NCBI GenBank assembly: GCA_024346625.1
Contig: AP024666.1
Location: 1,116,001 to 1,180,000 of the forward strand
Source: Williopsis jadinii
Taxonomy: Eukaryota
DNA: 64,000 nt
Direction: 5' to 3'
Shown one piece after another: positions 1 through 10,866 of this stretch. Each line of letters starts with the position of its first letter. Positions within the stretch are counted from its first letter, which is position 1. The notes beneath the pieces are model-generated. The model did no database searches. It was not told the origin of the DNA and saw only the letters and a program-made list of their open reading frames with translations. The position numbers and the translations under genes were made by a program.

Positions 1-925
1 AAAGCTGTTGAACATCGAGGTGCCAATCAGAGCTAAGTACATTAGAACCCTTTTCGGTGAAATCACCAGAATCTTGAACCACTTGATGTCCATCTTGTCC
101 CACGCGATGGATGTTGGTGCCTTGACGCCTTTCTTGTGGGGGTTCGAGGAGCGTGAAAAGCTTATGGAGTACTATGAGCGTGTTTCTGGTGCTAGATTGC
201 ACGCTGCCTACTTTAGACCAGGTGGTGTTTCCCAGGATATCCCACAAGGTTTGTTGGATGACATTTACATGTGGGCTACACAGTTCGGTGACCGTATTGA
301 TGAAACCGAAGAACTATTGACCGACAACAGAATCTGGAAGCAGAGAACCATTGGTATTGGTATTCTGACTGCAGAGGAGGCCATGAACTACGGTTGTTCA
401 GGTGTCATGCTCAGAGGTTCAGGTATCCCATACGATATCCGTAAGGCTCAGCCATACGATGCATATGACTTGGTTGACTTTGATATTCCAGTTGGTCTCA
501 ACGGTGACTGTTATGACCGTTACCTAGTCCGTATGGCTGAGTTCAGACAGTCCTTGAGAATCATTGAGCAGTGTTGCAATGATATGCCACCAGGTCCTGT
601 CAAAGTGGAGGACTACAAGATCTCCCCTCCACCAAGAGCATTGATGAAGGAAGATATGGAGGCCCTTATCCATCACTTCTTGCTCTTCAGTAAGGGTTAT
701 GCTGTACCACAAGGTGAGACATATGTCCCAATTGAGGCTCCAAAGGGTGAGATGGGTGTATATCTTGTCAGCGATGGTTCTGAGAGACCGTACAAGTGTA
801 AAATCAGAGCACCAGGTTTCGCTCACTTGGGTGCGTTTGACCACATTGCCAGAGGTCACTTCCTTGCCGATGCTGTTGCAATCATTGGTACCATGGATCT
901 TGTGTTTGGTGAGGTTGATCGTTAA
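1..925 (+). CDS. NDUFS2: NADH:ubiquinone oxidoreductase (complex I) 49-kDa core subunit (NDUFS2/NUCM), 5'-truncated by the window edge
   Basis: Family motifs [29 protein letters not shown] and C-terminal DLVFGEVDR. The frame is open from base 2 (AAG CTG TTG = KLL), so the real start lies upstream of the window. Confidence 0.97.
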   Translation, partial: KLLNIEVPIRAKYIRTLFGEITRILNHLMSILSHAMDVGALTPFLWGFEEREKLMEYYERVSGARLHAAYFRPGGVSQDIPQGLLDDIYMWATQFGDRIDETEELLTDNRIWKQRTIGIGILTAEEAMNYGCSGVMLRGSGIPYDIRKAQPYDAYDLVDFDIPVGLNGDCYDRYLVRMAEFRQSLRIIEQCCNDMPPGPVKVEDYKISPPPRALMKEDMEALIHHFLLFSKGYAVPQGETYVPIEAPKGEMGVYLVSDGSERPYKCKIRAPGFAHLGAFDHIARGHFLADAVAIIGTMDLVFGEVDR

Positions 926-1079
926 AGAGATTTCAACCAATCACCGTATTATCACTATTTATTGACATCAGTCACCCATATATTTATTTATATTTATTCC
1001 CTTCCACTTCATATCTTATTTATGCAACATATAACACACATGGATTCTCCATTATCTAACTTGACCATCGACAGATATG

Positions 1080-1928
1080 TTATACCTTTTCGTTTAGGTC
1101 CTCAATCGAACTGCTATCGGAACTGTTTGATGTGTTGATGAAGTCTTTGAGATCATCATCAAACATCATCTCCATGTGTACGCTTGGTGGTCTCTTTGGC
1201 GTCCCTGTAGTCTTCCACATGTGTCCTGCGATGTTACCGGCATCCTTCTCAGGATCCAGCGTTGATGGCGTTGATTGTAAGGTGAAGTTGGCTGTCTGCG
1301 GTGACTCTATAGGCGAGTTATCCCAGCTGAGGTACGAATCATCTGGCTTCTCATAGTCTGCCAGTGCAATCATCTCAGTAGGCGATATAAACAGAGAGCT
1401 TCTTGAAGCTCTTGCCAGAGCCGTCCTGTAAGATCTTCCCTGGGCACCACTGTTGACCAGGAGGTCTTCAGTAGAGACCGAGCCAAGCACGTTGATTGTG
1501 CTGGAGGAGTTGAGCGAGTATATGGACGGCGCGATGCTCTTCTTGTCGTGGAACAAGGATGGATCCGGGTCCGGGAGGGAGTTGACGATGAAAGGATGAG
1601 CCTTCTTTGCCTTATTGCTCGATCTGTGCCAGATAATCATCCTGGCAAGTATAATACTGATGAAGAACGCCCCCAGAACAGCACCAACAACGATGAAGAC
1701 CAGCTGAGAGGGCAGCGTGTATGATTGAATAAACGGGTTCTTACCTTCAGGTACCTGCACCACGAAAGACGTTGTTGATGATGATGACAAGGAGGTGACA
1801 CTCGTGCTGGAAGACGTTGCTGTAATTATTGGCATCGAGCTTGTAGACTCCACTGTGCTTATGGTTGCGTTGGCCGAGCTCGCAGCCTTGACCACATGGT
1901 CTGTAACTAACACCGTTCTGATAACCAT
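1080..1928 (-). CDS. CSI2: Single-pass membrane protein of the Csi2/Prm5/YNL058C family
   Basis: Ser/Thr-rich N-terminus, NPFI motif before one TM helix (LVFIVVGAVLGAFFISIIL) and an RSSLFISPTE motif. It sits next to TOP1 as CSI2 does in S. cerevisiae. First ATG at 1928; the track's start is a TTG. Confidence 0.65.
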   Translation of the reverse strand: MVIRTVLVTDHVVKAASSANATISTVESTSSMPIITATSSSTSVTSLSSSSTTSFVVQVPEGKNPFIQSYTLPSQLVFIVVGAVLGAFFISIILARMIIWHRSSNKAKKAHPFIVNSLPDPDPSLFHDKKSIAPSIYSLNSSSTINVLGSVSTEDLLVNSGAQGRSYRTALARASRSSLFISPTEMIALADYEKPDDSYLSWDNSPIESPQTANFTLQSTPSTLDPEKDAGNIAGHMWKTTGTPKRPPSVHMEMMFDDDLKDFINTSNSSDSSSIEDLNEKV

Positions 1929-2155
1929 CGTGGAACTGTTCAAACTGCTGCTTAGACTGCTTGGCTACAGCACTATAGGTGGCAGAAAGAGGGAGAGAAC
2001 GTCAAGCAAAAAAGGAGAATATAATCCAATTTCATCGCAAGCCTGCTAAGGCAGTCAAGCTTACAAGGTTAGCAGACAGAGAGGGCGTAGGGACTATGAT
2101 TCTGGGGAGATGTCTATGAAATGTGCATTCAAAGGTACACGAACCTGCAAGAGAA

Positions 2156-2366
2156 ACGCGTTTTTCGATGTATCACGAAACAGCAAAACGCGTGGATCTG
2201 ACCGCATAAAGAATGAGAAGAAGGAGGAAAAATTCACTCGCCAATGTCAGATGACGCGTATCGAAGGGGGTAGAAATGTTAGAGATCTACACACTGGTTT
2301 ATGTACAGCACACCGTGGAAATGAGTTCTGGCTTATGTAATAAGATGGGACACCAAGCAAACGCGT
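2156..2366. promoter_or_regulatory. G1/S MCB/SCB cluster upstream of the CSI2-like gene
   Basis: ACGCGT at 2156, 2188, 2254 and 2361; CACGAAA at 2174. Confidence 0.8.
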
Positions 2367-2367
2367 G

Positions 2368-4705
2368 TTAAAACCTCCAATTCTCGTCAACAGATTCGAT
2401 AGCCCATTTGAACTTCTCTCTCAGGGTCTTCGTGAAGACCTTCTCGATAGGAACATCGTACTTTTTACAGAACATTACCGATAATCTTGGGTCGATGTAG
2501 TTTATCTTGGAAGTACTCAAGGCGACCTGAGAGTTATCCTCTTTGTCTTTCATTTGCAGCATGGTATTTGCGATTCTCTGTTCGAGCTTTTCAACCTGCG
2601 CCTCTAGTTTCTCCAGCGTGGCATTGTCAGGAACAACGGGTTTACCACTCTTCAATTCCTTTGCGTACTGCTTTTCCAGCTCCTTGACCTTGGAGTTCCA
2701 CTCCTTTAGCTGAGACTTTGGCAAAAGCTCCTCCTTGTTCTCAGCTCTTTTATCGTTTTCTCGCTTGAACTTCTTTTCGTACTTCTCATGCTCTCTCGCA
2801 ATCAAGTTCTTATGAATGGTGGCCTCATCTTCACGAGTTAAATCTTCTAACTCCTCGAAATACTTTGGTTTCTTCTTCTTCAGCTTTGAGTCAAGCTGTA
2901 GCATCATCTTCTTAAGCCTGATCTTTTGCCACATCATCTCCTTGAGCTTATCGTTGATTTTTTGCATAGCAGTTTCATGGCCCTTAGACACGGTACGCTG
3001 GTGATTACACAAGATCGCCACGGTTCTGTTAGCAGCGTTGAACTTGACAACCTTTTCATTTGGTGTACCTTCGTTTGGAATCAGATCCAACTGATCTTGC
3101 ATGGTTTTGGAAGCGTTATAAGTACGGAACACTTTGGCCGTTAACCCTGGCATGTACTTTTGGAAATGCTTATTCAAAACACTTGGATCAATTCTATCGA
3201 AAAGATCATCACCTGGAACTTTTGGAGGACGCTTAAAGATCTTCAAGTTCTTGAAAACTTGTAAATCTACTTCAACTTCTTGATAGAATCTGATGGAATC
3301 TTTACCCAAGAAGTCAAAGATCACAGTGTTTGGAGGACTCAGTGTTATGTGTTCAAATCTAAGAGAACAACAACCCACAGTATCTGCTTCATCATCCGAT
3401 TTTTCACCACCAGCTCTAAGAGCAAACACATCGATTAAATACGTTGCAGTGGCGATCTGTCTATTTAGCATAAGTTGATCTTTCAACATGACACGGTAGT
3501 CCTTTCTGATTCTTTCGATGTGGTTCTTCAGCTCTCTTGCCTTCTCGAACTTCTTGTAATCACTCATACCTTTAAGAGAAGAATTAGCAGCAAATCTGAC
3601 GTACTTCACACTGTTGGAGATGTTTTCTCTCCACATAGCTAGCCATGACACAGTATTGTCATGTCTCACTTCACCCCATGAATGTCCTGGAGGCGGATCT
3701 GGAATTTTGGCATCTTTGCCAAGGTTGAGGATGATATCTTCAGGGTAAACTCTTCTTTTGAGCTTACCAGTTTTGGGATGTGCACCACGTCCTCTGAAAA
3801 GACCCGGTGGTTCAACTCTAAAGTTACCAACTTGCTCTTTTCTCCCATTCAACAGACACGTCTTATAAGGCTCTTCGAATTTTTCCTTTTCAGCTTTGAT
3901 CTTCTTCTTTTCAGCAGCTGTCATGTTCTTCTTTTCTTCCTTTTTAGCTTCAAAGTAGTTAAACATCTTTGTAAAATCACACTTGTCAAAGTCAGTGATG
4001 CTAGCATTGCATCCACCGCTTTCTTCCAAGACCTTGAGGAAGTCCTTGAAGAAGTTCTTCTGGAAAGTTGGATTCTTTGCGTGATCAGTCTCTAGCATCG
4101 CAGCGTAGAAGCCAGCAACTTCCTCCACAGCTGGAGGCAAATTCACAGGCTTACCATCGTAGAACATCTTCACGTGGGTTGGCAAAGGCTCATATTCAGG
4201 AGGGAAAATGACACCGTTATGTTCAAGAGTTTCCCATTTGATGGAATCGTCATCTTGCTGATTTTCCCACCATTTATAGATACCATCATCACCATCACCA
4301 TCCTCTTCCTTTGGCGTGCCCTCCCTAGCAGGAGTGGGCGTTCCCTCCTTCTTCACCTCTTTCTTGACCTGACTCTTCGAAGGTGCTGTTTTCTTTGAGG
4401 TTGTGGATGAGCTCTTCAGTTTCTTCTTTGGCGGCTGTTTGGAGTCACCATTCGTAGCAGCGCGCTTAGGAGCTTTGCTTTTCTTTGTCTTCCGTGACAC
4501 AGTAACCAACGCTTCATCATCACTATCAGCGGCAGTTACGCCACGTGAGTTCTGCGATGAGACGTCTACGGAAAAGTCCTCATCTTTGACTTCAAATAAT
4601 ACTGGGTTAGTCTCTGGAACATAGGGAAAAAAAGGCTATCGCCGGATCCTTATACTCACCTCTGGCTCTCTTTGAAAGAGCAATATCGTCATCAGAGTCA
4701 GACAT
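2368..4705 (-). CDS. TOP1: DNA topoisomerase I; 2 exons: 4660..4705 and 2368..4589 (alternative acceptor gives 2368..4601)
   Basis: Motifs [29 protein letters not shown] and SKINYIDPR (catalytic Tyr). Exon 1 encodes [15 protein letters not shown], followed by a GTGAGT donor at 4659, GACTAAC branch at 4612..4606, and in-frame acceptors at 4602 (CAG) or 4590 (AAG). Confidence 0.97.
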
Positions 4706-5083
4706 CTTCAATCAAATGAATGTGCTCTAATTGTCGGGTCTCGTGATTCACGGTGCCCAAAGTGGTGATCGTCACGGTAAACTCGTATACCGCGTTTGTA
4801 AATGCAGATGGCTTCGAAAAGCACGGAAACAAGTACGCAAAAAACACAGGGAAAGACAAAGAAACAAAACGGGAAAGCCAAGTACACTCGGGTATTCTTA
4901 AGCGAGGTTCCAAGAATGGCTTAAAGCAACGTTTGGTAATTGAGTAAGTGAAAGTGACTTTGTTTGCGTGTTTGCTGATTACAACAAGACGTACTTTCCC
5001 TTAGTCAAGTTGGGTAGAAAAAAAATGGAAAGCAGGGAAAATTACACGATCGAACTCTAAAAATTTCACTCGAACAGGATTTC

Positions 5084-5112
5084 TCACGTGAATCGACTGT
5101 CCTCCACACGTG
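5084..5112. promoter_or_regulatory. Paired CACGTG (Cbf1/bHLH-type) sites in the TOP1-CDC5 divergent promoter
   Basis: TCACGTGA at 5084 and CACGTG at 5107. Confidence 0.5.
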
Positions 5113-5542
5113 ATTTAGGGCTGCAACACCTGTACTGCAAACTAGAGCACTGTGTGGTTCTGACATGAATGGGCATGTCATCTATTGTAGGAGATTGTAT
5201 ATTGGGATAGAGGTAGCCAGATACCCTTGTCTAAGCTATTGGAATGATTCACGAGATGGAAGTGTTATCCCTCCGATAGTTATAGTTCACCATTACCGGG
5301 CGTGACCAGTCGATGGGGCCCTGAAGTGCATTCCAGCGCACTGACATGGAACTAAAATTGGAAGACAACCAACTACGAAACAATTGAAAGACTCTGGATA
5401 AATTGTAAACATCACACTACCACTCACTACATCACAAACATCCTCGTCCTGTTTCTCTGTTTTCACTTGTCTCTTTTGGGGCTTTCCATTCTCGAAAGCG
5501 TACACACAGAGGTTCCGGACATTGGCACCGGCCGCATTGTTT

Positions 5543-5566
5543 TTATTTACAAATTACCCTTTTGGG
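5543..5566 (-). promoter_or_regulatory. Mcm1-Forkhead composite (CLB2-cluster, G2/M) element upstream of CDC5
   Basis: The minus strand reads CC-CAAAAG-GG-TAA-TTT-GTAAATAA, a CC(N6)GG box followed at the canonical spacing by GTAAAYAA. Confidence 0.8.
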
Positions 5567-5938
5567 CGACTGATGTGGAAATGGAAACATCACTTATATA
5601 CCACTTGTCGAAACAATTTCTCTTCTTTTGCTTCCAAGCAGATTCCTTCCCTCATCCTTCCGATACCCTTTGCACCATATCCAATCACCTGAATTAAACA
5701 TTCCATCACCTGGCACATCCATCTGCTACAAGCTTCAAGCATCATATCGTCAAGTTCAAGCTAACTGGTTGAACGATTTTTTTTGCTGTTGCTTTTTCCT
5801 TCTTTTAGTCCAACTCCCATTCACTTAGTTAAAGGGTTTTTGTGGTCAAGGTCTGTTATCTGATTTTGTGATATCAATACAGAGCCCTCACCTATACATC
5901 CCCTTTCCATCTCTGCATCGTCCAGCCCTTTGCACTGT

Positions 5939-5968
5939 TTGTTGTTGTTGTTGTTGTTGTTGTTGTTG
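5939..5968. repeat. (TTG)10 microsatellite in the CDC5 5' region
   Basis: Read directly from the sequence. Confidence 0.95.
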
Positions 5969-6059
5969 CTGCTACTGCTCAACGTTTGACAATTGGACAT
6001 ATCTCCATTGCATTCCTTCAAACCCTACTTAATTTAAACCATTACATATAGAACGGACC

Positions 6060-8129
6060 ATGGCATCAGCTAGAGGACAGCCGTTACAGGCACTCGGCGA
6101 GCGAGAGCTCAACTCGAGAGCACAGATAACGCCATTGAAGTCGACCAGGAAATTGGAGGCTGACGTTTATGAGGTCAAGGCACCAAAGGAGAATGTTCCA
6201 AAGGAGAAGCCAAAGAAGAAGAAAGAGAAGCTTTCCGCCCTATGTAAAACACCGCCCTCATTGATCAAGACAAGAACAGGAAAGGACTACAGAAGAGGTC
6301 TATTCTTGGGCGAAGGTGGATTTGCAAGATGCTTCCAGATCAAGGACGATAGCGGTCAGTTGTACGCCGCTAAGACCGTTGCAAAGGCATCCATCAAAAA
6401 TGACAAGACAAAGACCAAGTTGCTTGCTGAGATCAAGATCCACAAGTCTATGCATCATCCAAGCATTGTCCAATTTATAGATTGTTTCGAAGACGACATC
6501 AACGTTTACATTCTTCTAGAAATTTGTCCAAACCAATCCTTGATGGATCTATTGAAGAAAAGAAAGCAGCTCACAGAACCAGAAGTGAGATTCATGATGG
6601 TTCAGATCATCGGCGGTATTAAATACATGCATAACAGAAGGGTAATCCACAGAGACTTGAAACTTGGAAATATCTTCTTTGACGCCGACATGAACATCAA
6701 AATTGGTGACTTTGGTTTGGCTTCTGTCCTTAAAGGTACCAACGAACGTAGGTACACCATCTGCGGCACCCCAAATTACATTGCACCAGAGGTTTTAACA
6801 GGGAAGAAAACAGGCCATAGCTTTGAAGTTGATATCTGGTCTATTGGTATTATGTTGTACGCTTTGTTGATCGGTAAACCACCTTTCCAGTCCAAAGACG
6901 TTGCTCATATCTACGAAAGAATTAAAATCAATGACTACCATTTCCCACCTGATAAGTATATTTCTGACTCTGCCAGAACACTTATCGAACATATCTTGAA
7001 AACAGTTCCAGGTCTAAGACCAAGCTTGGATGACATGCTGTTGTACGAATTCTTCACCACGGGGAAGTTTCCTAACAAACTCACTGTGGAGACTTTAGTT
7101 GCTGAACCCGATTTCTCATATTTGACAGAGTCACAATCTCATATGAACTTCCTGCAAGCCAAGCGTGATTCAGGCTTGATTCAATCTTCTCACATGACAC
7201 CTGTGGAGATCCTCAAGACAGACTTGGAGTCAGAGAAACCAAAAACCCTTCTACCACAATCATTGTCTCCTGGAAACACCAAGAGTAAGTACAAGGAGGT
7301 TACTGAACCTGTTCTGAAACAAAGAACTTCCGAAGATCCTGCAAACTCAAAGCTTGGAAGGGCGAGACGTTTGGAAGACCATGGAATGCCATATAAACAG
7401 TCTCGTGGTCATAGAAATAAAAGCGTTTCTAATGCAATCTTGAGACAGGAATGCACTAATATATTGAATGGTATGGTGATTTCAGAACGTCAAGCAAGAA
7501 TCAGAGCATCGTCTAGACTGCCAGAGATTGAGCCAAAAACCCCTATATTAATCAGTAAATGGGTTGATTATTCTAACAAGCACGGATTCTCATATCAACT
7601 TTCTACTGACGATATTGGTGTTCTTTTCAACGATGGAAATACACTGTTACGTATCAACCATTCCAGTTCGTTTTGGTACATTGTGAATAATCCAAATGAA
7701 GGTTGGTTAGCACAAGAGTACAGCACGACAGATGCACCAGCTCATTTACACAGACATATTGAGATAACCGAGTTCTTTGCAAAGTACATGAAGACCAACT
7801 TGTGTAAAGTGTCCAATGATGATGATTCCATAATGGATCAAGATGAAATATTCTTGAGAAGATACACCAGGGATGAAAAATATGTGATGTTTGAAATGAG
7901 CAATGGTTCAGTTCAGTTCAACTTCAAAGATCATCATAAGATTTGCATTTCACAGACTGGTTGTACGATCACCTATATCTCACCAGATCGTGTTTGTAAA
8001 ACATTGGCTCTTTCTCAGGTCTTCAGAGAAGGTGGATTCCGTGAGATTGTTGAAGATATTGGCCTAGAAGAGAAATTAGAAATGATCAAATGTGCCTTGA
8101 AAGAGAAGATCCATGCATCCCTTGACTGA
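6060..8129 (+). CDS. CDC5: Polo-like kinase
   Basis: GEGGFARC P-loop, HRDLKLGN, DFG, TICGTPNY; C-terminal polo boxes (ISKWVDYSNKHGFSYQL, VQFNFKDHHKI). Confidence 0.97.
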   Translation: MASARGQPLQALGERELNSRAQITPLKSTRKLEADVYEVKAPKENVPKEKPKKKKEKLSALCKTPPSLIKTRTGKDYRRGLFLGEGGFARCFQIKDDSGQLYAAKTVAKASIKNDKTKTKLLAEIKIHKSMHHPSIVQFIDCFEDDINVYILLEICPNQSLMDLLKKRKQLTEPEVRFMMVQIIGGIKYMHNRRVIHRDLKLGNIFFDADMNIKIGDFGLASVLKGTNERRYTICGTPNYIAPEVLTGKKTGHSFEVDIWSIGIMLYALLIGKPPFQSKDVAHIYERIKINDYHFPPDKYISDSARTLIEHILKTVPGLRPSLDDMLLYEFFTTGKFPNKLTVETLVAEPDFSYLTESQSHMNFLQAKRDSGLIQSSHMTPVEILKTDLESEKPKTLLPQSLSPGNTKSKYKEVTEPVLKQRTSEDPANSKLGRARRLEDHGMPYKQSRGHRNKSVSNAILRQECTNILNGMVISERQARIRASSRLPEIEPKTPILISKWVDYSNKHGFSYQLSTDDIGVLFNDGNTLLRINHSSSFWYIVNNPNEGWLAQEYSTTDAPAHLHRHIEITEFFAKYMKTNLCKVSNDDDSIMDQDEIFLRRYTRDEKYVMFEMSNGSVQFNFKDHHKICISQTGCTITYISPDRVCKTLALSQVFREGGFREIVEDIGLEEKLEMIKCALKEKIHASLD

Positions 8130-8657
8130 AAGAAAGGCAATGTTCATGACTCACGTGAAAACAAAACAGGTTCACTTTATGACCACACAATGTACCTTAA
8201 TCCAAGCCGTACTATAATATTAATATATACCCATATACTCATCAGCTATTCATGCCAGTCGTGTAATTTCATGTAGGTTATTATAATTTAGAACTGTGCG
8301 TTTCTCAATTGTGATGATTATGAACTCGCCGGTGCGTCAGGTGCAATTGAATGCGATGATCAACATGCAGTCCGCACTTGCCTGTGTTCAAGTGTAACAA
8401 GTTAGGAATCTTGCCGGGGAAAGATCATAGTTATGGTGATGAGTATTTGCTAGGGAGTGCTTACAGCTCTGTGATCATTAACAGTTCAAGTAGTAAATTA
8501 CTTGAGGGAGTAGTCAAAGTGCTCGTTCAAGATGATCTCTTACAGACCAGCAGTTTGAATAGAGCTATGCTAAGGACTGCTATACACAGATGATCTTTCA
8601 ATACCTTTTGGTTTAAACCTAGCTCATTACTTCAATGACCGGAAAACCTTCTATTAG

Positions 8658-8673
8658 ATATATATATATATAT
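8658..8673. repeat. (AT)8 microsatellite
   Basis: Read directly from the sequence. Confidence 0.85.
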
Positions 8674-9828
8674 GTATACAGTTGAACTGGATAATTCCAA
8701 CATCAGCATATCTGAAAGCACCAAACTGTTGGTTCTTCGAGATTCTATGACTCCTGGCTTGTAACTCAAAGATATGTATTTAAAGAACTACTTGCCAATG
8801 AGCATCGGTACTTGTTGTAGACCTTGTTATTTGTCCTTCTATATTCAATTCTGTCATGATACTCTCTAGTACGGGTTTAATACCGAAGAACACCAATCTA
8901 ACAATGGGTCAGGTGAATGACTCAATTGCTGACTGTTAAATCTACATTATCTTAATAAATGGTTTCTCTACTTAGAAACATAAGAAATATGTGCTTCTGC
9001 TTGTATGTTGACAACATTCAGCATATTGTTTCTAAGCAGCGTCTAGAGTTGTGTTGTTCTGATACCCTTGAGTTTCCTGATTCTGGTATAGAAGTGGAAG
9101 AATGATGTTCCACTACAATGGAAGAAGTCACAATTCCATTCGCTTTGATGTACCTGCTCTCGATTCTAGTATTCAAAACAACTTTGGTGGACATCTCTAG
9201 TGTAGTTAGTGTTTCTAACAGTTATTACGACTCGATGGAAGAGTCATATAGGAAATATGGCGTAATGACAGCAAGAGACAGCACTCCTATGGCATTATAC
9301 CGATCTGCTTTCGTGTAAGCCATCCTGTTTCTCTAAATTTTATTATACTTGAACTTCTATATGTCATTCAGGCACTATTTAGAGGCACTGATGATTGGAG
9401 AATTCTCAAGGGGAGGAAGAGAGACGGAAACGAGAAGTACATGATGTGGAGATCAATCTGCTTTCTTAACGAAATTGTACTACGAACTATCCAACATCTG
9501 CGTGACTCATGTTTAAAAGCCATACATCCAGTGATCCTACGGATTCTGAAGACGATATGCCCCATACTGTCCAACTGTTATCATGTAAACAATTCTGACT
9601 CCTCAATTCAGTGGAGTTATGATCATGATTCAGAAATCGCAGGCATGGCTCAAATCATGCAGATGATACTCACAAATCTTATAATTACATATGTCTTGTT
9701 TCAAATCTCGTGCATTGGTTGTACCACAGTTTTCCTCCTCTTGGATATTGTCATCACTAGTTTTCCCTTTCTATAGTACACTGAGGAGGGTTTAGATCTA
9801 AAATACGCAGAAACCTTCTTCATTCCCT

Positions 9829-10280
9829 TTAGAAGGCTCCCTCGTGTCCCAACGTCTGTAAGCCCCATTCAACGGTAAACTTGTTCTTGATCGTTGACAG
9901 CTGTGTAATCAACGAGTTGCATGCGTTCTTCAGAGCGTCCTTTGGAGAATAACCTTCTTCTGTTTGAATTCTCATGATAAATCTAGCGAAAAGAGGATGC
10001 TCAACTTTGTAAGCAGCGAATACAACCCGGGGATCTTTGATCAGCTGTGCTCTCAGCAGGTTGCCAAGCGTATGGTCTTCCTTCTCGAATGTTATGATCG
10101 CAGCGTTTGGAACCTTTGGATCAGGGTCGATCTTGAGTCTAGACGAGGTGTTAGAAAGTCCATTCCTCAGAAGAAAGCAGCTCAGACAGCAAAAACATCG
10201 CACATGAAGCAAATAAGAAACACATACTTAGGCACACCATCTGGTAAGATGAAGAGTTCGAAACGATCTGGGGCGTTCAT
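9829..10280 (-). CDS. RPB11: RNA polymerase II subunit Rpb11; exons 10228..10280 and 9829..10138 (120 aa)
   Basis: Exon 1 encodes [24 protein letters not shown] donor at 10227, TTCTAAC branch, TAG acceptor at 10139. Exon 2 has [13 protein letters not shown] and AAYKVEHP. Confidence 0.97.
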
Positions 10281-10399
10281 GTTCTACCTTTCGCCACAAA
10301 GCTCTGCCCTGAAACAGATTCTCTTGTTGATGTTACCTTGAAGAGCGCTTTTAGGCGATGAAAACAACTTACAGCCAGAGCCCCATTACCCTACCGTGA

Positions 10400-10735
10400 A
10401 TCACGTGTCATACTATCGCAATATCACGTGAGACATATTGTCATTCATTTTCCTCACGCATATGCTGGGGTTACCCTCCCTCAAGCGCCATCCGCTCCCA
10501 CAGAAACCCAGATTGTTGCGCGCACGACCTTCGCCCTTTTTCCGTTGTTTTTACCCAGCGCCGGTGGGCCTGCCCGAAAAGCTCACGCCAATTGCAACTT
10601 TCACTCCATTGAACACACACTCTTTCACCTAAATCAACTTGGTCACTCAGATTGAGACAAGAGGTGATTTGCTTGATATTTCTCTTTTCGCATCAGTACT
10701 CTGCAAGCCTGTGATTCAGATCCATCTCACGTGAT
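10400..10735. promoter_or_regulatory. Three RTCACGTG (Cbf1-type) sites in the RPB11-SIN3 divergent promoter
   Basis: ATCACGTG at 10400 and 10423; TCACGTGAT at 10727. Confidence 0.6.
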
Positions 10736-10866
10736 TGGCCAGTAAGGGGATCTATCAGCTTAACGTCCAGTGTGTTTCCCTTCTGCCAGATTAGCTTGTT
10801 AGCGTGCTTACCCGTGCTGAAGATAACCCTCAGAGTGATTTCGTAAAGGAGGGATAATCCGGTAAA

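Noticed and set aside
1973..2035. Signal-peptide-like ORF MKLDYILLFCLTFSPSFCHL upstream of the CSI2-like gene
   Set aside because: It is out of frame, an in-frame TAG at 1967 blocks any single-frameshift fusion, and its hydrophobicity follows from a pyrimidine-rich tract.
5821..6021. SSSS-N10-KQ peptide resembling the run in the MTE1-like gene
   Set aside because: Both are AGC/AAC microsatellites with unrelated flanks; convergence, not duplication.
8151..8300. TCACGTG as CDEI of a point centromere
   Set aside because: The following DNA is not a very AT-rich CDEII, and I saw no CDEIII (TGTTTnTGnTTTCCGAA-like) motif.
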